Below are positions 15,333 through 22,751 of a DNA stretch of 32,000 bases, piece by piece. The position numbers were made by a program, and so were the translations under genes. The notes beneath the pieces were generated by a model. The model ran no database searches. It saw nothing but the letters and a program-made list of their open reading frames with translations, and was not told the DNA's origin. Numbering within the stretch: position 1 is the first letter of the stretch; each line of letters opens with the position of its first letter. The stretch is from contig NZ_CP006867.1 of NCBI RefSeq assembly GCF_001481685.1, positions 1,080,001 through 1,112,000 of the forward strand, written 5' to 3'. Origin of the DNA: Ignicoccus islandicus DSM 13165. GTDB lineage: Archaea; Thermoproteota; Thermoprotei_A; Sulfolobales; Ignicoccaceae.

Positions 15333-16328
15333 TTACTTTAAGAACGTAATGTAAATTATCGATGCCAAAGCAGCAATGGTCAAAACTAAGTTCACAGTCG
15401 TTAATAGTCTAAGGCTCTCTAGTTCTTTCCTCAAGGTCCCGGTCTCGCTTTCAATCTTTAGAGTAATCCTTTCGGAACTAGAGTTAATTTGGCCTTTCAC
15501 GTACTCTTTCAACTCATTCGTCTTCTCGCTCAGCCTCTCGTCTATCTTAGAGGTTAGTTCCTTGACTAATTTGGCCAGTTTGGAAACTTCTCCCTTGAGT
15601 CGATTGAGGGTTTGATTGAGCGCGTCTTTTATCGAAGACAAGGCACTAACGTGTTCTATTAACAGCTTGTTCTCGTTTTGCAGCTTTAGGGTTAGGTTCT
15701 TCAATTCATTAACGTTGTAATTCAATTCGTTAAAGATTACCTCGAGGTGGCTGAATGATTCGTTTAAGTAACTTCTTAACCTACCTAGTTCACTAGTTAG
15801 AGTAACGGTTGCGTTCTTCGTCTCAGTTTTTATCAATTCACTTAAGTTACTCTCTAGAACCTTAGCGTAATAGGTCACGTTAGTGAGTATTGCAAGCGTG
15901 TTGTTCATTATTGTTGAAGTAGTGGTTTCGTTTAAGACGTCTATCTTGGCACTCAAATTCGCTAGGGTCTCCTCGACGTCTTCGAGTTTGGTTATTGTTT
16001 CCTTGGTTAAGTTCATTAAATAGGGTAGTTTACGCTTGCTAACCTCTGTTTGGAGTACTAGGATTTCCCTAGTTTCCGCGTTTATCGTCTCAAGCTTCTT
16101 AGACACTCCTGCTTCCAATAACTCCAAAGTTTTGTTGAGGCCGTTCAAGGTCTCTTGCAATTGATCCCTTATTTCGTCCATCGATCCCTTAAGCTCGGTA
16201 ATCGTTGACTGAGTAGAAGCTACGTTACCGTTTACAATTGTTAGGTAGACTAGCGTTACGAGTCCAAATAAGGCTGCAGCGTATGTCGCCAAGCTGGTTA
16301 AGTCCACGCTACTCACCGTTCTCTTCAC
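15333..16328 (-). CDS. Doubly membrane-anchored extracellular coiled-coil glycoprotein, unknown function
   Basis: 331 aa, GTG start. TM helices at both ends (YAAALFGLVTLVYLTIV and LTTVNLVLTIAALASIIYITFL). About 270 aa of heptad-like helical sequence lie between them, with 12 N-x-S/T sequons by my count. Confidence 0.6.
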   Translation of the reverse strand: MKRTVSSVDLTSLATYAAALFGLVTLVYLTIVNGNVASTQSTITELKGSMDEIRDQLQETLNGLNKTLELLEAGVSKKLETINAETREILVLQTEVSKRKLPYLMNLTKETITKLEDVEETLANLSAKIDVLNETTTSTIMNNTLAILTNVTYYAKVLESNLSELIKTETKNATVTLTSELGRLRSYLNESFSHLEVIFNELNYNVNELKNLTLKLQNENKLLIEHVSALSSIKDALNQTLNRLKGEVSKLAKLVKELTSKIDERLSEKTNELKEYVKGQINSSSERITLKIESETGTLRKELESLRLLTTVNLVLTIAALASIIYITFLK

Positions 16329-16371
16329 TTAATAGCGATTTACAAATCTTTCCTAACGCAGGGGACGGGGT

Positions 16372-17205
16372 TTGCAGTTAGTATTGAAGCTGAGAAGGGA
16401 CTTCGAGAAGTGGTTAAAGGAAGACGTTCCTTACTACGACGTAACCGTTACTTCAATTAAGGACTTAATTAGAGATGGCGTGTTATTCGGCATCTACTCG
16501 AAGGAACCAGTGTACTTGTGCGAACTTGTGGGAATAGTGGAGGAAGCGTTGAGGGACTTCGGGATAGAGGCTAAGTTCGAAAGGGGATGGAGTGAGGGGT
16601 GGATTGGCGAAATAAGAGGCGATACCTCAACCATATTAACAATGGAGAGAACTCTCCTAAACTTCTTGATACACGTACTCTCTATTTCCACTGAAGTAAG
16701 GAAAGTAAGGGAGTTACTTAACCGAAGCGGTTTCGAAAACGTGAGGTTGGCTACTACAAGGAAAACTGTTCCCGGAATGAGAACGTGGGCGAAGCTCTTC
16801 GCCTCTTGCGCGGGGGCCGATACTCATAGGCTTGGCTTAAGCGACATGCTAATGATAAAGGACACCCATCTCGCAGCGGTGGGCGACTTCGAGAAAGCGT
16901 TAATTGAAGCATCGAAGAGGAAGAGCTTTTCTCACAAATTGGAAGTAGAGGTAAGGAACGAGGAACAAGCCTTGATAGCTTCCAAATACGCGGACGTAGT
17001 AATGCTAGATAACTTCCCACCTGAGAGAGCTAAGGAGGTCGCGTGCAAACTTAAAGCGATGTCTAACGTCATAATTGAGGTGTCTGGCGGCGTAAACAAG
17101 GACAACGTGCTTCAATACCTCAACGAATGCATCGACGTAGTCAGTATGGGCTACCTAACCATAAACCCACCACGCGTCGACCTCAGCATGAGGGTCAAGG
17201 AATGA
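16372..17205 (+). CDS. nadC: Nicotinate-nucleotide (quinolinate) pyrophosphorylase
   Basis: 277 aa, TTG start. Type II PRTase layout: TMERTLLNFL, TRKT.PG.R, MIKDTHL, EVEV...A...GAD.VMLDN. Confidence 0.85.
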   Translation: MQLVLKLRRDFEKWLKEDVPYYDVTVTSIKDLIRDGVLFGIYSKEPVYLCELVGIVEEALRDFGIEAKFERGWSEGWIGEIRGDTSTILTMERTLLNFLIHVLSISTEVRKVRELLNRSGFENVRLATTRKTVPGMRTWAKLFASCAGADTHRLGLSDMLMIKDTHLAAVGDFEKALIEASKRKSFSHKLEVEVRNEEQALIASKYADVVMLDNFPPERAKEVACKLKAMSNVIIEVSGGVNKDNVLQYLNECIDVVSMGYLTINPPRVDLSMRVKE

Positions 17206-17942
17206 AGCTCTGCGTAATAGGTTGCGGCAACGTGGCGCGAATACTGAAGCGAGAACTAGCGAACTACGAGTTCACTTTCTTTGATAGGAATCCAAACAAG
17301 TGCTCCGAACTAGGTAAATACGTTAACTCGTTCGAGGAATTAATGGAGGCTGATTGCGATCTGGTAGTTGAAGCGGCTAGCCCTATGGCAGTAAGAGAAT
17401 ACGCCGAAAGAGCCTTGGAAAAGGCCGATTTGGTGGTCCTAAGCGTAGGTGCGCTAATTGACGAAGAGCTCTATAGAAAGCTTGTAGATAAGGCGAAGCT
17501 GCTTGGAAGGAGGATATACGTTCCTTCGGGAGCTATTGCCGGAATAGACGCCATAAAGGCCTTGAGAAGGGTGGGAATTAACGAGATAGAAATAGAAGTA
17601 AGGAAGAACCCGAAGTCGTTAGGAGTTTCCGCTAACGATGAGAAGGTTTTGTTTTACGGAGACGCCAAGGAAGCCGTCGAGAAGTTCCCATTCAACGTGA
17701 ACGTTGTAGCGACGCTCAAGCTCGCTTCGGGAGCTCCCGTAAAGGTGAAAGTAGTAGCAGATCCATCAATCAATAGGAACGTTCACACTATAAGGGTGAA
17801 GAGTAAGGCAAGCGACATATTCATAAGAGTGGAAAACGTACCCAGCCCGTACAACCCTAAGACCAGTTACTTAGCCGTTCTATCTATAATTGAATTAGTG
17901 GAAGAACTCTCCTCGCCTCACGTTATTAGAATTGGTAACTGA
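17202..17942 (+). CDS. nadX: L-aspartate dehydrogenase
   Basis: The track ORF begins at 17127, but the Rossmann start MKLCVIGCGNVA at ATG 17202 overlaps the nadC stop (ATGA). PSGAIAGIDAIKA motif. 246 aa from this start. Confidence 0.8.
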   Translation: MKLCVIGCGNVARILKRELANYEFTFFDRNPNKCSELGKYVNSFEELMEADCDLVVEAASPMAVREYAERALEKADLVVLSVGALIDEELYRKLVDKAKLLGRRIYVPSGAIAGIDAIKALRRVGINEIEIEVRKNPKSLGVSANDEKVLFYGDAKEAVEKFPFNVNVVATLKLASGAPVKVKVVADPSINRNVHTIRVKSKASDIFIRVENVPSPYNPKTSYLAVLSIIELVEELSSPHVIRIGN

Positions 17943-17953
17943 GGGAGCGAACC

Positions 17954-18679
17954 GTGTTTAAGTTCATAGCGTTCGACGTTGACGGAGTGCTACTAACCTT
18001 CAAGAGTAGCTGGGCTGAGGTGCACAAAGCCTTCGGTAGCGTTGATTCGATCGAAGACATGAAGGCTTACTTCAAGGGCGAAATAACTTACGAAGAATGG
18101 TGTGAAAGAGACCTAAGGAGGTGGAGCGAGGCTCTAGGTAGGGAACCTACCGAGGAAGACATAGCCAATGTGTTCAAGGACATAGACTCGAAAGTTCATC
18201 CGTATGCTGGAGAGGCAGTGTCGCTAAGCAAGAGGAGGGGATTGGGAGTAGGGCTCGTGAGCGCAGGTTTGAGCGTCACTACGAGGATTGTGGCAGAGAA
18301 ACTAGGTATTTACCTATGGAAAGCCAATCCCATAGCAAAGCCGTGTAGGGCTGGAGTTGAACCGAAGAATAAGCTAAGTGCGTTGATAGATATGGTCAAC
18401 AAGCTTGGAATCTCCCTCGAGGAAACGATATACGTAGGTGATTCCATAATAGATCTCCCTGCGCTCTGGGGGAGCGGTTGTGGAATAGGAGTAGGGAGCG
18501 AAGAACTCAAAAATCTGGTTCCCGTCTGGATTAAGGACTTAAGCGACTTTCCCCAGGCGCTTCTCAAGTGCCTCAATCACTTTGCTCCTGCTGAGGCCGA
18601 TCCATACTACGAACAGTATAAATACAACGATCCCTATGGAGACGATTTTCCATGGATCAGGTTTCTTAATCTCGACTGA
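17954..18679 (+). CDS. HAD-superfamily hydrolase (phosphoserine-phosphatase-like subfamily IB)
   Basis: 241 aa, GTG start. Motif I FDVDGVL, motif II LVSAG, motif IV YVGDSIIDL. An acidic/aromatic C-terminal tail of about 34 aa lies in the overlap with the opposite-strand gene. Confidence 0.7.
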   Translation: MFKFIAFDVDGVLLTFKSSWAEVHKAFGSVDSIEDMKAYFKGEITYEEWCERDLRRWSEALGREPTEEDIANVFKDIDSKVHPYAGEAVSLSKRRGLGVGLVSAGLSVTTRIVAEKLGIYLWKANPIAKPCRAGVEPKNKLSALIDMVNKLGISLEETIYVGDSIIDLPALWGSGCGIGVGSEELKNLVPVWIKDLSDFPQALLKCLNHFAPAEADPYYEQYKYNDPYGDDFPWIRFLNLD

Positions 18680-18985
18680 TATCAATTCCCTTAGCATTGC
18701 CAGCATACCTACCTCTACTGCCACTCTCAAGTACTCGTACGTGCTAGTGTACCTAGCTATTACGATCTGGAGCACGTCTATGATTATTAGAGTTAGCAAC
18801 GCGATGTCTAGCAATTCAACTACTTTCGTCTTATCGAGGGATTTGAGGTCCATGAGGTCGTGATACATGCTCAAGGCGAACCACAATAGAGATATTAGCG
18901 TGAATATCGACGTCAGGAGAACCAGCAATATTTCAAGCGACATAACGATGTATTCGAATATCTTACTACCTTCTTTCTTATTCAT
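18539..18985 (-). CDS. PsiE-like small integral membrane protein
   Basis: 148 aa with four hydrophobic helices, collinear by eye with E. coli PsiE (FEYIVMSLEILLVLL / LLDIALLTLIIIDVLQIVIARY / LRVAVEVGMLAMLREL / IVSIGIVVFILFVVWIGL). Confidence 0.5.
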   Translation of the reverse strand: MNKKEGSKIFEYIVMSLEILLVLLTSIFTLISLLWFALSMYHDLMDLKSLDKTKVVELLDIALLTLIIIDVLQIVIARYTSTYEYLRVAVEVGMLAMLRELISVEIKKPDPWKIVSIGIVVFILFVVWIGLSRSKVIEALEKRLGKVA

Positions 18986-19096
18986 TTCTCTCTTACCAAG
19001 TTAGGAAACTTTTCAGATCAGTTATTGAGTTTTGGTTGCGCGTAGCAACTTTCTTTAAGGCTCTTCTTGAGGTCCCCAATATGAGGTTGATTTGAA

Positions 19097-19249
19097 ATGG
19101 CCGGGTTGATAGCGTTAATGATGGCTATAATGGCCTTTTTCCTTACGTTAGGTTTTTCATGCTTTTTGATGAGAATTATAAATAAAGCAACGTCCCTAGC
19201 GTTAGCGTTGGTAGTGGCCTTGATCGTGTATTACTTAATACCGATATAG
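19097..19249 (+). CDS. Unannotated 50-aa two-helix hydrophobic micro-protein
   Basis: Translated by hand: MAGLIALMMAIMAFFLTLGFSCFLMRIINKATSLALALVVALIVYYLIPI*. Two TM-like helices joined by a basic loop (RIINK). A GAGGT SD-like element lies 9 nt upstream. It falls below the track's ORF size cutoff. Confidence 0.4.
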   Translation: MAGLIALMMAIMAFFLTLGFSCFLMRIINKATSLALALVVALIVYYLIPI

Positions 19250-19252
19250 TCC

Positions 19253-19271
19253 ATTTCTAAGATATAGAAAT
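19253..19271. other. 7-bp stem / 5-nt loop hairpin between the micro-ORF stop and the tRNA 3' end
   Basis: ATTTCTA-AGATA-TAGAAAT read directly. Sits 4 nt after the micro-ORF stop and 5 nt beyond the tRNA 3' end. Possible bidirectional 3'-end element. Confidence 0.3.
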
Positions 19272-19275
19272 GAGG

Positions 19276-19352
<77 letters not shown>

Positions 19353-19375
19353 GTTTCCGTCATCTCCCCTCCCGC

Positions 19376-19381
19376 TTTAAA
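19376..19381 (-). promoter_or_regulatory. TATA box (TTTAAA) for tRNA-Ala
   Basis: Minus strand reads GTAAAACTTTAAAGCGGG. The TATA centre lies about 26 nt upstream of tRNA position 1 (19352), the canonical archaeal spacing, with a purine-rich BRE-like stretch upstream. Confidence 0.6.
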
Positions 19382-19453
19382 GTTTTACCTATTACTGTGC
19401 GATTATACGATATATTGACCCCAAACTAATTCCTTAAATGGGATGCAAGGAAT

Positions 19454-20203
19454 ATGAGGATAGTATACCCGGAAACTAAGGTCTTTCAGAGCATGGTCGA
19501 AGCTTTAGGTAAGATAGTGAACGAAGTTGCTTTGATCGCGGACGAGGAAGGTATAGTAATGAAAGCGTTAGATCCAGCCCAAGTGGCTCTTATCCAAGTC
19601 AAGATAAACAAAGACGTTTTCCTCGAATACGAAGTCGAAGGCAGAGAGAGCATTGGTTTCAATATAGCCAACGTGCTGAAGTTCATGAAGAGGGCCAAGA
19701 AAGGTTACCAATTGGAGCTAGGTACTGAAGAGGGGGGAAGCAAGTTCAGGATTATGTTGAGAGGTACCCTTATCAAGAAGTATACCATCTTAAACCTCGA
19801 CGTACCGGAACCCGAAGTTCCAGATCTCTCTTCTCTCAATTACTCGGTCAAGGGCTCTATATTGGCCTCAGTCTTGGGAAACGCCATTAAGGACATCGAA
19901 GCTATAAGCGATACAGTTTACTTCGAAGCTCCCGATACCGATACTCTACTGATAAAGTCTGGAGAGGGGGAAGCGGCGAGCGTAACGAAGCTCACGAGGG
20001 CGTCTACTGCGTTAATAGAGCTGGAGGTAAACGAACCAGCAAAGGGCGCTTACGATGTATCGTTCTTAAAGAACGTAGTCTCTCTCACCAAAGTTTCAGA
20101 TACCATAGACTTCATGTTTGGTAATGATACGCCCTTGTACTTGAAGTTCAGCATAATTGCGGGAGGAGAAGTGGAGTACTTGCTTGCTCCGCAAGCGATC
20201 TAG
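19454..20203 (+). CDS. pcn: DNA polymerase sliding clamp (PCNA)
   Basis: 249 aa. Two-domain PCNA layout with typical crenarchaeal N-terminus (F.S.VEALGKIVNEVAL...EEGI.MKALDPA.VALI). Confidence 0.9.
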   Translation: MRIVYPETKVFQSMVEALGKIVNEVALIADEEGIVMKALDPAQVALIQVKINKDVFLEYEVEGRESIGFNIANVLKFMKRAKKGYQLELGTEEGGSKFRIMLRGTLIKKYTILNLDVPEPEVPDLSSLNYSVKGSILASVLGNAIKDIEAISDTVYFEAPDTDTLLIKSGEGEAASVTKLTRASTALIELEVNEPAKGAYDVSFLKNVVSLTKVSDTIDFMFGNDTPLYLKFSIIAGGEVEYLLAPQAI

Positions 20204-20205
20204 AT

Positions 20206-20211
20206 AAAAAA
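20206..20211 (-). terminator. Oligo-T (T6) tract downstream of speH
   Basis: A6 on the plus strand at 20206-20211, which is T6 on the minus strand, 13-18 nt after the speH stop. It lies in the 20-nt gap shared with the PCNA 3' end. Confidence 0.35.
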
Positions 20212-20223
20212 GTTTCTGGAATC

Positions 20224-20643
20224 CTATACGTACATGGAGCGATCGGCTCCGCCCCTCACTACCTTTTTGGCCTTTAGCTCCCTTACTATGTACTCGAAGG
20301 CTCTTTCGGGATCCGTGTGACTACCACAAGAGTAAACGTCGACGGTAGCGAATGATAGCTCTGGCCACGTGTGTATGGTTATGTGACTTTCGAGAACTAT
20401 ACCTACCACGCTAACTCCTTCCCCTATTTTCCACGACTTTACGTCGAGGAGGGTCATACCTCCTAACTTCGCTGCGTTAATTACTATTTCCTCTAGCTTC
20501 CTTTGATCGCTCAACACTTTAGGATCGCAATTGTACAAGTTACCGTATACGTGTTTTCCGTAAACGGCTGCTCCCTTGTCTCTTCTTTCTAGAGATTTCA
20601 GAATTTCTCTGTTTGCTATCATTGCTACCACCTTCACTTGCAT
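20224..20643 (-). CDS. speH: S-adenosylmethionine decarboxylase proenzyme (pyruvoyl-dependent, class 1)
   Basis: 139 aa. Self-processing/active-site box [13 protein letters not shown] and downstream DVYSCG. Met8 is an alternative start. Confidence 0.85.
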   Translation of the reverse strand: MQVKVVAMIANREILKSLERRDKGAAVYGKHVYGNLYNCDPKVLSDQRKLEEIVINAAKLGGMTLLDVKSWKIGEGVSVVGIVLESHITIHTWPELSFATVDVYSCGSHTDPERAFEYIVRELKAKKVVRGGADRSMYV

Positions 20644-20706
20644 TTGGTATAGTAACTCCTTATATCCTCATGCCCCCCAATCAAATGAAGGAGGGCAAGA
20701 ATTTCA

Positions 20707-21381
20707 ATGGACTGCGAACGGTTGAAGATGCGTACAGCTATAGCTATAGCTGAACCAAACTTTCACAATTTAGTAGAAGGTCTAGAAGTATGTTCCTCAC
20801 CCTACTCTAAGATATATGAAAACGGAGAGGTTGCAATAATAAAAACGTACTCAGGTCATTACCTTCTCGATACAGTTTACATGCTTAAGGGGCTAGGAAT
20901 AAGGAACGTGATAGTTATTGATAGCGCCACCTCAATAGTAAGTAACTTAAACATCGGTCAATGGTTACCAGTTTACGCAGCAACGCCCTACCCTAAGATA
21001 GAATTAGGGGAAGGGGTAACGCCAGTAGCCGACTATAGGCTCTTGAGAGCAGTAGAGGATCTCATAAAGGAAGAAAACGGACAGATGGTAGCGATAAGCG
21101 CCACGACGCTCCTTCCATTAGAAGAGGTAATAAAGGATATCGAATTGCTTAAATCGATAGACGTTAGCCTAATAGATAGGTCTTCTGCATATTTGTATTC
21201 GCTGTGCAGAGGATCAATAAGGTGCTTAGTAATTGACGTAGTAGATTCGAACTTAACTAAAGGCGTCGATAAGGCTAAAGTGTATGACGAAGCCGAAAAG
21301 TACCTCGAAACGCTCCAGTCCTCGACCAAAGAGCTATTAAATCAGTTAATGAAAATTGAAGGAACGGAGTTAAGGGCATGA
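20707..21381 (+). CDS. Divergent nucleoside-phosphorylase-fold (PNP_UDP_1-like) protein, catalytic motifs not conserved
   Basis: 224 aa. By eye collinear with E. coli DeoD: IAIAEPNFHNL (VLMPGDPLRAKY), GIRNVIVIDSATSIV (VKKIIRVGSCGAV), VSLIDRSSAYLYSLC...CLVIDVVDSNL (LGVEMEAAGIYGVA...ALTICTVSDHI). The GDP and EMEAA catalytic residues are replaced. Confidence 0.4.
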   Translation: MDCERLKMRTAIAIAEPNFHNLVEGLEVCSSPYSKIYENGEVAIIKTYSGHYLLDTVYMLKGLGIRNVIVIDSATSIVSNLNIGQWLPVYAATPYPKIELGEGVTPVADYRLLRAVEDLIKEENGQMVAISATTLLPLEEVIKDIELLKSIDVSLIDRSSAYLYSLCRGSIRCLVIDVVDSNLTKGVDKAKVYDEAEKYLETLQSSTKELLNQLMKIEGTELRA

Positions 21382-21632
21382 AGCTCGACGTAAACTTCGG
21401 TAAGATGATAGAGGAGTTCAGGAAATCGTTCAAACCGAAGACTACGCAAAAGAAGGGGATACCACTCTACCTAAGGAAGTGTAAGTACTGTAAATACATC
21501 GAGTTAACGTACTGCAAGTACCACGCCGTAACTATACACCCAGAATCGAGAGCGTGTCCAGCATTTTCCCTTCAAGAAAAATACTTGGAAGCATACCAAA
21601 AAGGCACCACCCCACAAGAGGCTCAATTATAG
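21378..21632 (+). CDS. Small basic Cys4 protein (putative zinc-ribbon or Fe-S), unknown function
   Basis: 84 aa. ATGA start/stop overlap with the upstream gene. Lys-rich N-terminus, then CKYCKYIELTYCKYHAVTIHPESRACP (CX2C-X8-C-X14-C). Confidence 0.45.
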   Translation: MKLDVNFGKMIEEFRKSFKPKTTQKKGIPLYLRKCKYCKYIELTYCKYHAVTIHPESRACPAFSLQEKYLEAYQKGTTPQEAQL

Positions 21633-21665
21633 ACAGCTCTCGCGCCGAGCCTCTAGGGCACGCGA

Positions 21666-22751
21666 ATGCGCTCTCTACTAGCTGAGATACTCAGCATGAC
21701 GTTACAAGGGCTAGGGGAACTAGCGTCCGGCTACTTGTGGTCGCTTTCTTCCCCGATACTATCTAGGCATCCGTCCATATTGATAGCCTTACCTGGCTTA
21801 GCGGAAGACAGAGGAGCCATTTACGGTTCTTTAGCAGCCAAGTACTCGTCAATGCTTTATACCGGTGAAGCTACCTCGCCGAGAGATCTATTGGAAAATA
21901 AAGTTACAGCAGTAGCCGTCTTATTGGGCTTGCTAGGAGGTCTCTACGTAGTCTTGTTAACTTCCTTTCTGGGTAACCCTTTGGATGTATTAGCTTACTT
22001 CCTAGTTTCTCGAGGATTTACGCTAACGTTAGTTATACCATTCAACGCTTACGCCTCGTTTCTCGCTTTCGTAAAGGGTTTGAACGTAGATTTGGTCGTA
22101 GTTTCGACCTCAACAGTTCTCGCAGACATAACAAGTTCGATATCAATACTTCTCACTTTCACGCCATTCGCATTAATAGGAATAGCTTTAATGCTAGTGA
22201 CGACTTACAAATATTCTAAGAACGTTGGAAGGGAGGACTTGCTTCGCTATAAGGAGTTAATGGTTTCATCCATAATTGCATCGACGCTCTCTACAATCGC
22301 AGGTTTCGTTCTAGTAGCTAACGAAGCCCAGAACAATCCAACGCTTCTCTTCATAACACCCCTTACAATGGCCTTAAACGGTTCAGCATCGATGAATTTC
22401 TCTTCGTGGTTAGGTACAGCTCTCTTAACGGGTGAAGTGGATTCAAAGGAACTATTCAGAAGCAAGAGGGTCTACGAAATAATGTTAAGAGTTACCTTTA
22501 CAACGCTCACTGCACTAACGTTAGTTTTACTGCCGGCAATCACGCTGGCTAACATGGATCTGAGGGGTCTCAAATGGGCATTGCTTTCTACCTTAACTCT
22601 TAGGTTGGTAATGCCGTACTTATCCATGGTAGTTGCGAGGATAGGGTTCGAGAAGGGGTTGGACCCCGACTTGATAACCATACCATTGCTATCGAGCCTA
22701 AACGATATCGTTACTGCTCAAGCGTTAACGACGATGGCGAAGCTGATCTAA
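21666..22751 (+). CDS. MgtE/SLC41-like divalent-cation transporter, tandem membrane domains without N/CBS domains
   Basis: 361 aa, polytopic. The second half carries an MgtE-TM-like box GLDPDLITIPLLSSLNDIVTA (compare GIDPA..s.P.itt.nD). The first half has a degenerate copy (GLNVDLVVVSTSTVLADITS). Confidence 0.6.
   Translation: MRSLLAEILSMTLQGLGELASGYLWSLSSPILSRHPSILIALPGLAEDRGAIYGSLAAKYSSMLYTGEATSPRDLLENKVTAVAVLLGLLGGLYVVLLTSFLGNPLDVLAYFLVSRGFTLTLVIPFNAYASFLAFVKGLNVDLVVVSTSTVLADITSSISILLTFTPFALIGIALMLVTTYKYSKNVGREDLLRYKELMVSSIIASTLSTIAGFVLVANEAQNNPTLLFITPLTMALNGSASMNFSSWLGTALLTGEVDSKELFRSKRVYEIMLRVTFTTLTALTLVLLPAITLANMDLRGLKWALLSTLTLRLVMPYLSMVVARIGFEKGLDPDLITIPLLSSLNDIVTAQALTTMAKLI

Noticed and set aside
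14563-16328. Treating the coiled-coil gene and the Cas4-like gene as a two-gene operon or system
   Set aside because: A T6 tract lies 6 nt after the coiled-coil stop, and a TATA-like CATTAATG lies in the 65-nt gap. This suggests separate transcription units, so the linkage is reported only as adjacency.
17127-17201. 25-codon N-terminal extension of the aspartate dehydrogenase ORF in the track
   Set aside because: The extension (MHRRSQYGLPNHKPTTRRPQHEGQG) lies within nadC coding sequence. The Rossmann fold begins at the ATG at 17202, which forms an ATGA overlap with the nadC stop.
19167-19172. TGATGA C-box-like hexamer, suggesting a C/D box sRNA
   Set aside because: No CTGA D box or C'/D' pair lies at the expected distance of about 50-60 nt, and the hexamer sits inside the hydrophobic micro-ORF.
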